DNA from: Solirubrobacteraceae bacterium
GTDB lineage: Bacteria; Actinomycetota; Thermoleophilia; Solirubrobacterales; Solirubrobacteraceae
NCBI GenBank assembly: GCA_050996975.1
Contig: JBPCRJ010000166.1
Coordinates: 3,390-67,389 of the forward strand
DNA: 64,000 nucleotides
Direction: 5' to 3'
Shown: positions 41,739-51,105 of the stretch, piece by piece
Layout of the letters: every line of letters starts with the position of its first letter
How positions within the stretch are numbered: position 1 is the stretch's first letter
Position numbers and translations under genes: made by a program
Notes under the pieces: model-generated
Told to the model about the DNA's origin: nothing
The model's database searches: none
What the model saw: only the letters and a program-made list of their open reading frames with translations

Positions 41739-42341
41739 TCAGGGCGCCCGTAGCCGGGCGATGCGAGCTTGCCTCGCGGTCTGAAAGCGCCGGCGAAGCA
41801 GCCACAGCAGAACCGCGAACACCGGCACCACGGGGAGCAGCAATAGCGCCCGATCGCGTGGACCGCCGAGCGCCGCCAGGCCGGCCTCGACCCCGACCGC
41901 CGGAATCGCCGCGAGCAGCATCGCGTGCGAGCGATAGCCCGAGAAGTGCTCCCGCGCGGTGACCTCGAGCACGCCGAGCGTGCAGACGATCACGCCGACG
42001 ATCAGCGCCGCGCCGCCCCCTCGCAGCAGCCCCACCACGAACCCGACGCCACCGGCGAGGATCGCCAGCTCGGAGACCGGGAGCCCACCGAAGGGGCTGG
42101 CTGGACGCTCACCCTCGGTCCCGAGCGCGCCTGAGCCGCGGCGCCCCGGCCGTGCCGCGGCCTGCGCCCCCAGCGGAGCTCGCCCCGCCTGGCGCTGACG
42201 CCCGTCCCGCCCCGCCTTCCCGCGACGCTCAGCTCGCCGCTCACCGCCGGGAGAGGGTGCGGGCGGGGACGCCGCCACCGTGACGCGTCGCTGGCGTGAA
42301 CGGCGCTTGCGTGAACGGCGCTTGGACTTCGGCCCGGCCAC
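41739..42341 (-). CDS. Hypothetical membrane protein
   Basis: Basic disordered N-terminus, ~4 TM helices, REHFSGYRSH. Confidence 0.68.
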   Translation of the reverse strand: MAGPKSKRRSRKRRSRQRRVTVAASPPAPSPGGERRAERRGKAGRDGRQRQAGRAPLGAQAAARPGRRGSGALGTEGERPASPFGGLPVSELAILAGGVGFVVGLLRGGGAALIVGVIVCTLGVLEVTAREHFSGYRSHAMLLAAIPAVGVEAGLAALGGPRDRALLLLPVVPVFAVLLWLLRRRFQTARQARIARLRAP

Positions 42342-42391
42342 TGTGCGGTCAGGATAGAGGCGCCCGACCGAAAGACCACTACAGTCGGGCG

Positions 42392-43004
42392 ATGAGCGTC
42401 CGCCGGCCGCTCGCGACGATCACTGTGGCGAGCCTGCTCGTGGCGGGCTGCGGGACGTCCCCGCGCGCTCGCCCGATCAAGCTTCCGGCCGACGAGGTTC
42501 CAGTGGCGATCGGGCGCGGCCCCGGATTCCGGTTGGCGGCGATCTCGAGCGCCGTGAAGCGCCGAACGCCGGTCGCCGGTCGCCGGACTGCGGTGTACTC
42601 ACTCTGGCGCCAGCGTCTATGGCGTGCACCTCGAACTGTTCGCCCATCGCTTGGTCCTGCTCGTCCCGGCGGGGATCGGGATCGCCCCGCCGCAGCGCGC
42701 GAGCGGCGCCTACGTCCTGAGCGGCGCGTGCAACTACCCCGTCAGGACCTACGCGCCGACCGGGGTGATCGTGGTCAACGCCGGGTCGGTCCGGACGCTG
42801 GGGGCACTGTTCGCGGTGTGGGGGCAGCCGCTGGGAAGCGATCGGCTGGCGAGCTTCCATGGCCCGGTGCTGGCGTTCCTAGACGGACGGCCCTGGCGAG
42901 GCACGCCCCGGAAGATTCCGCTGCGCCGCCACGCCGAGATCGTGCTCGAGCTGGCCGGGGTGATCCCCCCGCACCCCGCGTACCGCTTCCAGCCGGGCCT
43001 CTGA
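42392..43004 (+). pseudogene. Lipoprotein gene frameshifted by a 7-bp tandem duplication
   Basis: Lipobox LVAGC; ccggtcg is doubled at 42569-42582, and removing one copy joins TPVAG to LRCTHSGASVYGVHLELF. Confidence 0.72.
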
Positions 43005-43068
43005 TCCTGGGAGCCCTGAGGTGGGGCAAGGCGGGCGAGGGTCGGCACCGGCGCGTACCATTGCTTCG

Positions 43069-43763
43069 ATGGCCGGCCCGCTCCCCCCCGCGCGGCTCCG
43101 CGCGACGGCGGCCCTGCTCGCCACGACCGCGTTGGCGTGGATGTCCTTGGCGTCGCTGGCACCCGTCTGCACCGCGATTGCCGACGGCGATCCCGCGAGC
43201 GATGTGCTGCTGGGCGAGAACGTCTACTACCCTTTCGCTCCCGCCGTTTCCGCAGCGCTCCAGAAGACGCTGAACGACGATACCGCCGCCGCCAAGCGCG
43301 CTGGCCTACCGATCAAGGTCGCGCTGATTGACTCCCCGCCAGATCTCGGTGTGCTGACCAACCTGTTCGGCAAGCCCCAGCGCTACGCCGACTTTCTCGA
43401 TCAGGAGATCAGCTTCAGGGTCGGGCAGCCGCTGCTGGTGGTGATGCCGGCGGGGTTCGGGGTGCAGGGGGTCAACCGCGCGGCCCGCATCGCTGCGGGA
43501 TCGCTATCCCGACCGGCCGGCGGCCAGAGCGACGACCTAGCGTGGCGGCGATCGCCGCCGTGAGACGGATCGCGGCCACCTCGGGCCACCCGATCAGGAG
43601 CACACCGGGGGTCCCCGGCGCCGGGACGGGTGGGACCAGAGTGATCGTGGCCGCCCTCGCGCTCGCCGCGCTGGCGACGGCGGGGGCGCTGGTGGTCGTG
43701 GGCAGGCGCCGCCGGAAAGCGGGACGCTCAGCCCGTAAGCGCGGGACCAAGCTCTACGCGTGA
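43069..43763 (+). pseudogene. Second 'ADGDPASDVL' protein, 1-nt frameshift at ~43542
   Basis: Paralogous to 32031-32729; the C-terminal AAIAAVRRIAA segment and TM anchor lie in another frame. Confidence 0.7.
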
Positions 43764-44600
43764 CTCGGCCCCGGCGGGGCTCGGGCCGACTTCACCCCGC
43801 GACTGCCCGGCGGGGCTCGGGCCAGCGACATTGAGATCCTGCTCCGCGGCTCCGCCATCGCGCTCTGGAGCGAAGCGGTATCCGACGCCGAAGTGCGTGT
43901 GGATGTAGCTCCACTCCGGCGAGGCGGTACGCAGCTTCTGGCGCAGCTTGCGCACGAAGACGTCCACCGAGCGGTCGCCGTGGGCCATCGCATAGCCCCA
44001 CACCCGCTCGTAGATCTCTTCCCGTCGCAGCACCCGGTCGGACTGGGAGAGCAGCCGCAGGATCTCGAACTCCCGTGCGGTGAGCTCGAGGCTCGACTCG
44101 CGCACGTACCCCTGGTAGAGGTCTGGCCGAACCGTGATCTCGCCCGCCTCGGCGGCGTCCTCGAGCACGGGCATCTCACCCAGCCGATGCCGACGGATCG
44201 CGGCTTCGATTACGCAGATCAGCTCCTCGGCATGACACGGCTTGGTCATCCAGGCATCGACGCCGAGGCGCAGGCCACGCACGCGCTGCGCCACCGACGA
44301 GGGCCCGGTGCAGACGATCACGGCCAAGCCGGGTAGGCGGGCGCACACCCGCTCCAAGTACTCCCAGCTGCCCGGTCCGAGCACGGTGACGTCGAGCACC
44401 AGCGCGTTGAGACGCATCGCCACGAGCGCGTTGGCGGTCACCGCGCTCGACAGCGATCGGTGGTCCCACCCGCGCGCGGCGAGGCGATTGGACAGCACCT
44501 TCATGAACCCGGGATCGCGATCGATCACGGCAAGCCGCAGGCGGTTGCTCGAGCGCTGCGGTGAGACCCCAGTGAGCGCGTCGCTGGCCTCGAACGACAT
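43728..44600 (-). CDS. Orphan OmpR-family response regulator
   Basis: Receiver domain (VLD, TKP) and wHTH (LTAREFEIL, VWGY, SVDVFVRKLRQK, GVGYRF); TACAGT -10 7 nt before ATG 44600. Confidence 0.87.
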   Translation of the reverse strand: MSFEASDALTGVSPQRSSNRLRLAVIDRDPGFMKVLSNRLAARGWDHRSLSSAVTANALVAMRLNALVLDVTVLGPGSWEYLERVCARLPGLAVIVCTGPSSVAQRVRGLRLGVDAWMTKPCHAEELICVIEAAIRRHRLGEMPVLEDAAEAGEITVRPDLYQGYVRESSLELTAREFEILRLLSQSDRVLRREEIYERVWGYAMAHGDRSVDVFVRKLRQKLRTASPEWSYIHTHFGVGYRFAPERDGGAAEQDLNVAGPSPAGQSRGEVGPSPAGAESRVELGPALTG

Positions 44601-44652
44601 GGGCCGCACTGTAGTGCAGACATCGAGGCGCTAGGCGTCTCCGGCGGCTCAG

Positions 44653-44669
44653 GTCACAAGATCTTTACA
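44653..44669. promoter_or_regulatory. Putative OmpR-family binding site GTCACA-N5-TTTACA
   Basis: 11-bp-period direct repeat in the divergent region upstream of the orphan regulator. Confidence 0.35.
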
Positions 44670-44854
44670 TGATCGCTCGGTAACGGGCTGGGGACCTGGC
44701 GACCTGGGGACCTGGGGCCCTTTCGCGAGCCTCCGCCAGCGGGGCCGGATCACACGATCACCCGACGGAGATCACAGGATCGCCCGACGGATTCCCCACT
44801 GGATCCCGGGTAGGACCGGAGGGCCCGGATCAGGCGTGGTTGTACGCTCGGGGT

Positions 44855-45493
44855 GTGCGGGTCCAGTCGCATCGACACACGCGCTGGCAGGATATGCCGC
44901 TGCGAGGAGCGCTGTTGGTGCCGTGCTGTGCGCTGGCCGTGCACCAGCTGCGTTACCACCTCGTGTTCGGCGCTCACGCCGACGTTGCGCTGACTCGCGA
45001 TGGGCACGCCTACCTCGCCGGGCTCGAGCCGTTCGTGCTGCTGGCGGTGGCGTTCGCGGTCGGCGGGTTCGCCGGCCGGCTCGCCCGCGCGTGGCAAGTT
45101 GGAGCCGATTCGTCCCGCACCGACAGCCTGGTCCGGGTGTGGATCCTGTGCGCGCTGGTGCTGTGGGCGATCTACTGCGGGCAGGAGCTACTCGAGGGCG
45201 TCCTGGCCGGCGGCCATCCAACCGGGGTGGCCGGGATCGTCGGCCATGGAGGTTGGATTGCGGCACCGGTTGCGGTCGGGCTCGGCGGCGCGTTGGCGGT
45301 CGCGCTCAGGCTTGCCGACACGGCGATCGGACTGACGGCGCGGCGTTCACCGCCGCGCCGCACCGCGACGGGCACCGCCTCGGTGCAACCGACGCTGAGC
45401 GGCTCGGCGCGCGACGAGCGCGATTGGCGGCTCGGGCCTTACGCGGGCGCGGCGGCGGGACGCGCCCCGCCGCCCGCAGTCGCTCTCGGCTGA
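44855..45493 (+). CDS. His-containing membrane protein with C-terminal RAPP motif (putative regulatory leader ORF)
   Basis: About 4 TM helices, VHQLRY, GHAYL, GRAPPP near the C-terminus (RAPP at 45461-45472). Confidence 0.72.
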   Translation: MRVQSHRHTRWQDMPLRGALLVPCCALAVHQLRYHLVFGAHADVALTRDGHAYLAGLEPFVLLAVAFAVGGFAGRLARAWQVGADSSRTDSLVRVWILCALVLWAIYCGQELLEGVLAGGHPTGVAGIVGHGGWIAAPVAVGLGGALAVALRLADTAIGLTARRSPPRRTATGTASVQPTLSGSARDERDWRLGPYAGAAAGRAPPPAVALG

Positions 45494-45619
45494 ACTCAGC
45501 TGACCCCACCGCGCGCGCCCCCAGCGCGCGCCCTAAACACGATCGACGGGCGAGCTTCGGGACTCCGCGAGCCGGCGCGCCGATCGTGTCGTCCGTCCTC
45601 CCTCACCAATCGAACAGGC

Positions 45620-46675
45620 ATGATTCAGAGCAGATATCCCCAGCCCCTTCTCGCGCTCGCGCTCGTCGGCGCGCTCGCCCTCGCCGGTTGCGGCTCCTCG
45701 GCCACAGGCGGCTCCACGGCCAAGTCCACCCCCGAGATCACCAGCCGCCAGGCCGGCGCGGGCTCACCCCCGCGCGCGACCCCCCCACCCGCAGTATCGG
45801 AGCTGCCCGCGGCGGAGCATCCAAACGCGAGCCAGTTTCCGCCCGCGCGCGGGCGGACGTTGAGGCAGTTGGCCGCGCTCGCGGGCTCGGGCGCGCAGTT
45901 CGGTGCCGCCACAGGCGTGTTCGTCCCCGGCGATCGCCGACTCGCGTTCGGTCTGAACACGGGCTCGGGGGCGTTCGTCTATGCCCCCACCGCGATCTAC
46001 ATCGCAGCCACCCCGGGCACGCCGGCGCGCGGCCCGTTTCTCGCCCCCGCAGACCCGCTGACCGTCGCCCCCCAGTATCGCAGCACACAGAACGCGGGCC
46101 CGGGCGGGATCCAGGCGATCTACGCGGCGGATGTCCCGGTGCCACGCCAGGGGACCTACACGGTGCTCGCGCTCACCCGCACGGCTCACGGGCTGATCGG
46201 ATCGCCCGGACAGATCGCGGTCGCCGCCGCCTCGCCGATTCCCGACGTCGGCCAGCGTCCTCCGGCGATCGCGACCGACACCCCGGCGTCCGTCGGCGGT
46301 CACACCAGTCTGCTGAGCACCCGGGTGCCGCCCGAGGACATGCACGCCGTCTCGTTCAAGGATGTGCTCGGCAAGCGCCCGGTGGCGCTGTTGTTCTCCA
46401 CCCCCCAGCTCTGCATGTCGAGGGTCTGCGGGCCGGTCACCGACATCGCCGCCGAGCTCGAGCACCAGTTCGCCGGAGGGGTCACTTTCATCCACGAGGA
46501 GATCTACGTGAACAACCAGCCCAACCAGGGCCTTCGCCCCCAGCTGAAGGCCTTCCACCTCCAGACCGAGCCTTGGTTGTTCACGGTCAATCGCCAGGGA
46601 CGGATCGCGGCTCGGCTCGACGGCGCCTTCGGCGTCAACGCGTTCACCCAGGCGCTGCAGGCGGCGCTGCGATGA
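45620..46675 (+). CDS. Lipoprotein with thioredoxin-like domain (CxxxxC)
   Basis: Lipobox LAGC, FSTPQLCMSRVCGP, FIHEEIY, TEPWLF. Confidence 0.75.
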   Translation: MIQSRYPQPLLALALVGALALAGCGSSATGGSTAKSTPEITSRQAGAGSPPRATPPPAVSELPAAEHPNASQFPPARGRTLRQLAALAGSGAQFGAATGVFVPGDRRLAFGLNTGSGAFVYAPTAIYIAATPGTPARGPFLAPADPLTVAPQYRSTQNAGPGGIQAIYAADVPVPRQGTYTVLALTRTAHGLIGSPGQIAVAAASPIPDVGQRPPAIATDTPASVGGHTSLLSTRVPPEDMHAVSFKDVLGKRPVALLFSTPQLCMSRVCGPVTDIAAELEHQFAGGVTFIHEEIYVNNQPNQGLRPQLKAFHLQTEPWLFTVNRQGRIAARLDGAFGVNAFTQALQAALR

Positions 46676-47640
46676 CGCGGCGTCACCCCGGACCTGCAGG
46701 CGGCGCCGCGATGACGCGGCGTCACCGCGGACCCAACCGGCGCGATCCACGTCTGCACCAGCTCGACGCGCCCGTGCGCGCCCGTCACAGACGGCTCGCG
46801 TTCGGGACGCCGCTGCTCGCGCTCCTGCTGGCCGGCTGCGGCGCGAGCTCCGGCGGCGCGGTCAGCGTGCCGAAAATCGCCCCGGCGAGAACCTATGCGC
46901 TCACCGGCTTCACGCCCGCGGCGCCGATCGTCGCGGGCCGTCCGACGACGCTGTCGTTCACGATCCGGCAGCCTTCGGGCCAGCCGCTGGCCGCCTACAA
47001 GCAGTGCTGCGAGCCCCACGCGGGCGTCGATCTGATCATCGCGCGCAGCGACGACAGTCACGTCCAGTACGACGACAGCGACATCGCCGCCAGCGGCAAG
47101 GTCTCTCAGTCGGTCGTGTTCCCCGTGCCCGGACGCTACCGAATCGTGGTGGACGCCTATCCCAAGCAGGCCGGGCCGCAGTCGCCGTTTAACTTCCAGC
47201 TGTTCACCTGGGTCACGGTTCGGGGGGCCTATCACCCGCAGACGGTGCCCGCCTTCAACGCCACCCAGACCGTCGACGGATACCGCTTCCAGGTCCAGGG
47301 CCACCCGCAGCTCAAGGCGATCGAGGCGAACTTTCTCACCCTGCATGTGCTGGACCCTCACGGGCACAAGGTGGCCTTCACCTCGTGGCGCGGAGCCCTC
47401 GCCCATGCGATCTTCATCCACGAGGGCTCGCTCGACTACTTCCACACCCACGTCTGCAGTCCCGGCGCGACCTACTGCACCTCGGCGCTCGGCGCGACGA
47501 AGGTGACCGGGAGCTCCAGCGCCCCCGGCGAGCTGAAGGTCGGCGTTCTGCTGCCGGAGACCGGGACCTGGCGGATGTTCCTGCTGACCAACATGCACGG
47601 CCACGTCTTGACCGCTCCGTACACGCTCAAGGTGACGTGA
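46672..47640 (+). CDS. His/Cys-rich putative heavy-metal-binding lipoprotein
   Basis: Lipobox LAGC, CCEPH, FPVPGRYR, LAHAIFIH, YFHTHVC; duplicated start region (ATG 46672 and 46711). Confidence 0.72.
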   Translation: MTRRHPGPAGGAAMTRRHRGPNRRDPRLHQLDAPVRARHRRLAFGTPLLALLLAGCGASSGGAVSVPKIAPARTYALTGFTPAAPIVAGRPTTLSFTIRQPSGQPLAAYKQCCEPHAGVDLIIARSDDSHVQYDDSDIAASGKVSQSVVFPVPGRYRIVVDAYPKQAGPQSPFNFQLFTWVTVRGAYHPQTVPAFNATQTVDGYRFQVQGHPQLKAIEANFLTLHVLDPHGHKVAFTSWRGALAHAIFIHEGSLDYFHTHVCSPGATYCTSALGATKVTGSSSAPGELKVGVLLPETGTWRMFLLTNMHGHVLTAPYTLKVT

Positions 47641-49405
47641 GGCGGGTCCTTGTCGGGATGCTCACGGTCCGGCGGCGGGTCCTCGTCGCGGGGCTCGCCG
47701 CCGTCGCGGCTGCCTGTGTCGTCCCCGCCGCGGCATCCGCGCACGCCTATCTGATCAACACCGTCCCGGCGGCGAGCGGGATCCTCAACGGGCCACCGCG
47801 GAGCGTAGCGCTGACCTACGACGAGGCGGTCGAGCCGCGGTTCGCGATCATCTCCGTCACCAGCGCGACCGGCACGCAGGAGACGGCGGGTCCGGTGCGC
47901 CGTTCTCCGGCGAACCCTGACACGCTCCTGGTCGCGCTGCGTCCGATGCTCGGCGAGGGCTGGTACTTGATCTACTGGCGGGCGATCTCGGTCGACGGCC
48001 ATCCAGTGCAGGGGTTCTACACCTACGCGGTCGGACCGAACGCGGGTCCGGCGCCACAATTCTCGGTCCCGAGCATCTCCGCGACGGCGGTCACGCCGCA
48101 GCTGCTGATCGCCCGCTGGGTGATGTTCATCGCCGTGATGGTCTCGATCGGACTGTTGACCATGCGGCTGGTGATCGCGCGCCCGATCCCAGGGCGCGGC
48201 CGCGGGGACCAATCGTCGCTGCACGCCGTGTCGGTGGCGTTCGTCATCGCCTCGGGGCTCGGGCTGATCGCAATTCCGGTGTACCTCGATTTCGCGACCG
48301 CGAACGACTCGTTGCGCTCGGTGTCCGATCTCGCGAGCCTGGTGCCGCTGTATCGAGTGACCGCCTTCGGCCGCGCCTACGTCGATCTGGAGCTGTGCTT
48401 TTGCGCTGTTCTGCGTTGCGGGGTGGATCTCGCTGTGGGTCGATCGCCCCGAGCGGGAGCGCCGGTCGGTGGCGGAGATCGCCGCGGGGACCGGCGCGCT
48501 GATCGCCGCTGCGGCGGTGCTGATGATTCCCGGTGCGGCTGGTCACGCCGCGCAAACCGCCCCCCCGCGGCGTCTCACTCGCGCTGGACGGGGTGCATCT
48601 GGTCGCCGGCTCGATGTGGCTCGGGGGTCTCGTCGGCCTGCTCGTGCTGTGGGTCAGCCTCGGCGCCGATCGCCGCGTTGGCGCGCTGAGTGCGGTGGTC
48701 CCCCGTTTCTCCCGTCTCGCTCTGGTATCGGTACTCGTGCTGCTGGCCAGCGGGACCGGCGCGACGATCATCCACATGCCGGCGATCAACGCCCTCTGGG
48801 ACACCGGATACGGCGTCGCGATCCTGGTCAAGATCGGCTTGCTCAGCGTCGCCGTCCTGCTCGCCTCGGGCAACCTGCGGCGCTCGGAACCACGTCTGCT
48901 GGCCGCACGCGGTCGCGCCGAGCACGGGGCGCCCGCGGCGCTGCTGCTGCGCCGGCTCGTCGGCGGCGAGGCCACGCTGATTGCCGGGGCCGTGTTGGCC
49001 GCCGCCGTGTTTTCGAGCCTGGCGCCTCCGCCGCCGGCCTTTGCCCTGCAGAACTCGGCGCTCGCCAAGGTCGGGCCGGGACGAGTGGCGCAGACGGTCC
49101 AGCGGGCGGGCTACAAGCTGCAGGTGCTCGTCGCCCCGAACAAGGCCGCCGCGCCCGACTCGTTCGCGCTGTGAATCACCAAGAATGGGCAGCCCGTGCG
49201 CCACGCCAGTGTGACTCTCACCTTCAACCACCTGGAGATGGCGATGCCCCAACAGGAATACCAGCGGAGCGAGACCCAACCAGGGGTCTACTCGCGCGCC
49301 ACACCCGCGCTGGTGATGGTCGGAAAGTGGGGGCTCTCGTTCCAGATCACCCCCTCCGGCGCGCCTCCCTTCAACGCGCTGATCGTCGACCAGGCCAACG
49401 GATGA
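47637..49405 (+). pseudogene. CopC-CopD-(FixH/YtkA-like) copper protein with two frameshifts and one in-frame stop
   Basis: AHAYL..T.PA and SVDGHPV (CopC); GHAA, VHL...W.GG and LVKI (CopD). Lesions: T4 at 48399-48402, C7 at 48560-48566, TGA at 49172-49174. Confidence 0.8.
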
Positions 49406-49515
49406 CCCCTGAGCGTGAGATCTGGGTCCGGCTGCTCGCCGCCGTGCTGGCGATCTGCGCCGGCGTGGCGGCGCTCGTCGTCGCTATCCTGCTGGTGCGG
49501 GGTGCGCTAGCTTAG
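49402..49515 (+). CDS. 37-aa single-TM peptide
   Basis: ATGA overlap with the copCD stop; MTPEREIWVRLLAAVLAICAGVAALVVAILLVRGALA. Confidence 0.5.
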   Translation: MTPEREIWVRLLAAVLAICAGVAALVVAILLVRGALA

Positions 49516-49568
49516 GCGATCCGCTCGCCCCTCGTAACAGCGCGCCTCCTCGTCCCAACGCCCTTCTA

Positions 49569-50357
49569 ATGGCCTCACGCACCAAGCAAAAGGAAGAAGC
49601 GCGCGCCCGGCGCATGGCCGAGGAGGCCGAGCGTGCGCAGCGCGCCAGAACCCAGCGGCGGCTGAGAATGGTCGGCGGCTCGGTGCTGGGCGCCGTGGTC
49701 GTGATCGTGGTCGCGATCGCGATCTCGAGCGGGGGCGGAGCGTCGGGGCTCACGACCGGCGCGAAGGCGACCAAGACGTCCTCCGGGGTCGGACAGCTGC
49801 TATCGGGGATCCCTCAGTCGGGGGCGCACCTGGGCAACCCTAAAGCGCCGGTGACGATGACCTACTACGGCGACCTCCAGTGCCCAGCCTGCCAAGCCTT
49901 CACGGTCGACGGCGGCTTCCCGCAGCTGATCGCCAACGATGTCCGCACCGGTAAGGTCCAGGTGGTCTACCTCGGGTTCGAGACCGCCACCACCGACCCA
50001 GCCGTCTTCCAGACCCAGCAAGTCGCGGCGCTCGCCGCGGGCGAGCAGCAGCACTTCTGGGACTTCACGGAGCTCTTCTATCACGAGCAGGGCGCCGAAG
50101 GCTCAGGCTACGCGACCGAGAGCTTCTTCAACGGCCTGGCCAAGCAGATCCCGGGCCTCAACTACGCCCGCTGGCTGAGCGCGCGCAACAACTCGGCGCT
50201 GGCGGGCCAGGTGCAGGCCGAGAAGCAGTCCGGTCTGAACATCGGAATCCGGGGCACGCCGACGCTGATCTTCCGAGGGCCCCACGGAAAGAGCCAGGTG
50301 CCGTCAGCCGTGCCGACCTACGCTCAGCTCGAGCAGACGATCAAGTCGGTGGCGTGA
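49569..50357 (+). CDS. Membrane-anchored DsbA-family thiol-disulfide oxidoreductase
   Basis: LGNPKAPVT, DLQCPAC, GTPT. Confidence 0.88.
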   Translation: MASRTKQKEEARARRMAEEAERAQRARTQRRLRMVGGSVLGAVVVIVVAIAISSGGGASGLTTGAKATKTSSGVGQLLSGIPQSGAHLGNPKAPVTMTYYGDLQCPACQAFTVDGGFPQLIANDVRTGKVQVVYLGFETATTDPAVFQTQQVAALAAGEQQHFWDFTELFYHEQGAEGSGYATESFFNGLAKQIPGLNYARWLSARNNSALAGQVQAEKQSGLNIGIRGTPTLIFRGPHGKSQVPSAVPTYAQLEQTIKSVA

Positions 50358-50923
50358 CGGCGGTGAGCGGGGAGGCCACCCGTAACGCCGGCCCCGGTCC
50401 CGGCGTTGGGGCCCCGCCTGACCCCGGCGCCGGCGGTGGGGCGACGCGTGGCGGCGGTGGCGCCGGAGTCGGAGCCGATCGGCGCCTGCGTGTCGCGATC
50501 GCCGTGCTGTGCCTGATCGGGATCGGGATCGCCAGCTATCTGACCTACGTCCACTACGAAGGGCTCAAGGTGTTCTGCTTGACGGGCGGGAGCTGCGAGA
50601 CGGTGCAGAGCTCACGCTACGCCAAGCTCGACGGAATCCCGGTGGCCGTGCTCGGGCTCGCGGGCTATGTCGTGATCCTGCTGTCGCTGATCATGCGCGG
50701 CGACACGGGGCGCGCGTCGGGCTTCGGGATCGCTCTGATCGGCTTCGGATTCAGCATGTACCTGACCTACCGGGAGCTGTTCACGATCAAGGCGATCTGT
50801 CAATGGTGCGTCGCCAGCGCGGTGCTGATGACGGCGCTGGCAATCCTCACGGCCGTCCGCGCGCTCCGAGACGCCAACCCTCCAGGTCGCCCGGTGCCGT
50901 CCGCGGCTGACGCGACTCGCTGA
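50354..50923 (+). CDS. Vitamin K epoxide reductase family protein
   Basis: C.TGGSCETVQSS.Y, GIPVA..G, ICQWC; GTGA overlap with dsbA. Confidence 0.9.
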   Translation: MTAVSGEATRNAGPGPGVGAPPDPGAGGGATRGGGGAGVGADRRLRVAIAVLCLIGIGIASYLTYVHYEGLKVFCLTGGSCETVQSSRYAKLDGIPVAVLGLAGYVVILLSLIMRGDTGRASGFGIALIGFGFSMYLTYRELFTIKAICQWCVASAVLMTALAILTAVRALRDANPPGRPVPSAADATR

Positions 50924-51105
50924 TTCAGCGGCTGACTGCGGTCGACGGCCAGCGTCCCAGCGCGGCGTGCGTCGCTGACGCGCCTGGCCGAAACGGCTGA
51001 TCGCCCCCGACCGCCAGCGTCGCAGCGCTGGCCTTCGCTGCCGCTTGAGGCGGGACTCCTGCGGCGAGCGGCTCCCGCGCCAGAAACCCGTCCGGTCGGC
51101 AGCCC

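Noticed and set aside
44836-47640. 934-aa ORF as one gene
   Set aside because: The first ~610 aa are Arg/Ala-rich off-frame read-through of two real genes; only the part from 46672/46711 looks coding.
49172-49174. TGA as selenocysteine or programmed readthrough
   Set aside because: The context (FAL*ITKNG) is not a redox or Cys motif, no SECIS-like hairpin was recognised, and the gene has other lesions; a CGA-to-TGA change is simpler.
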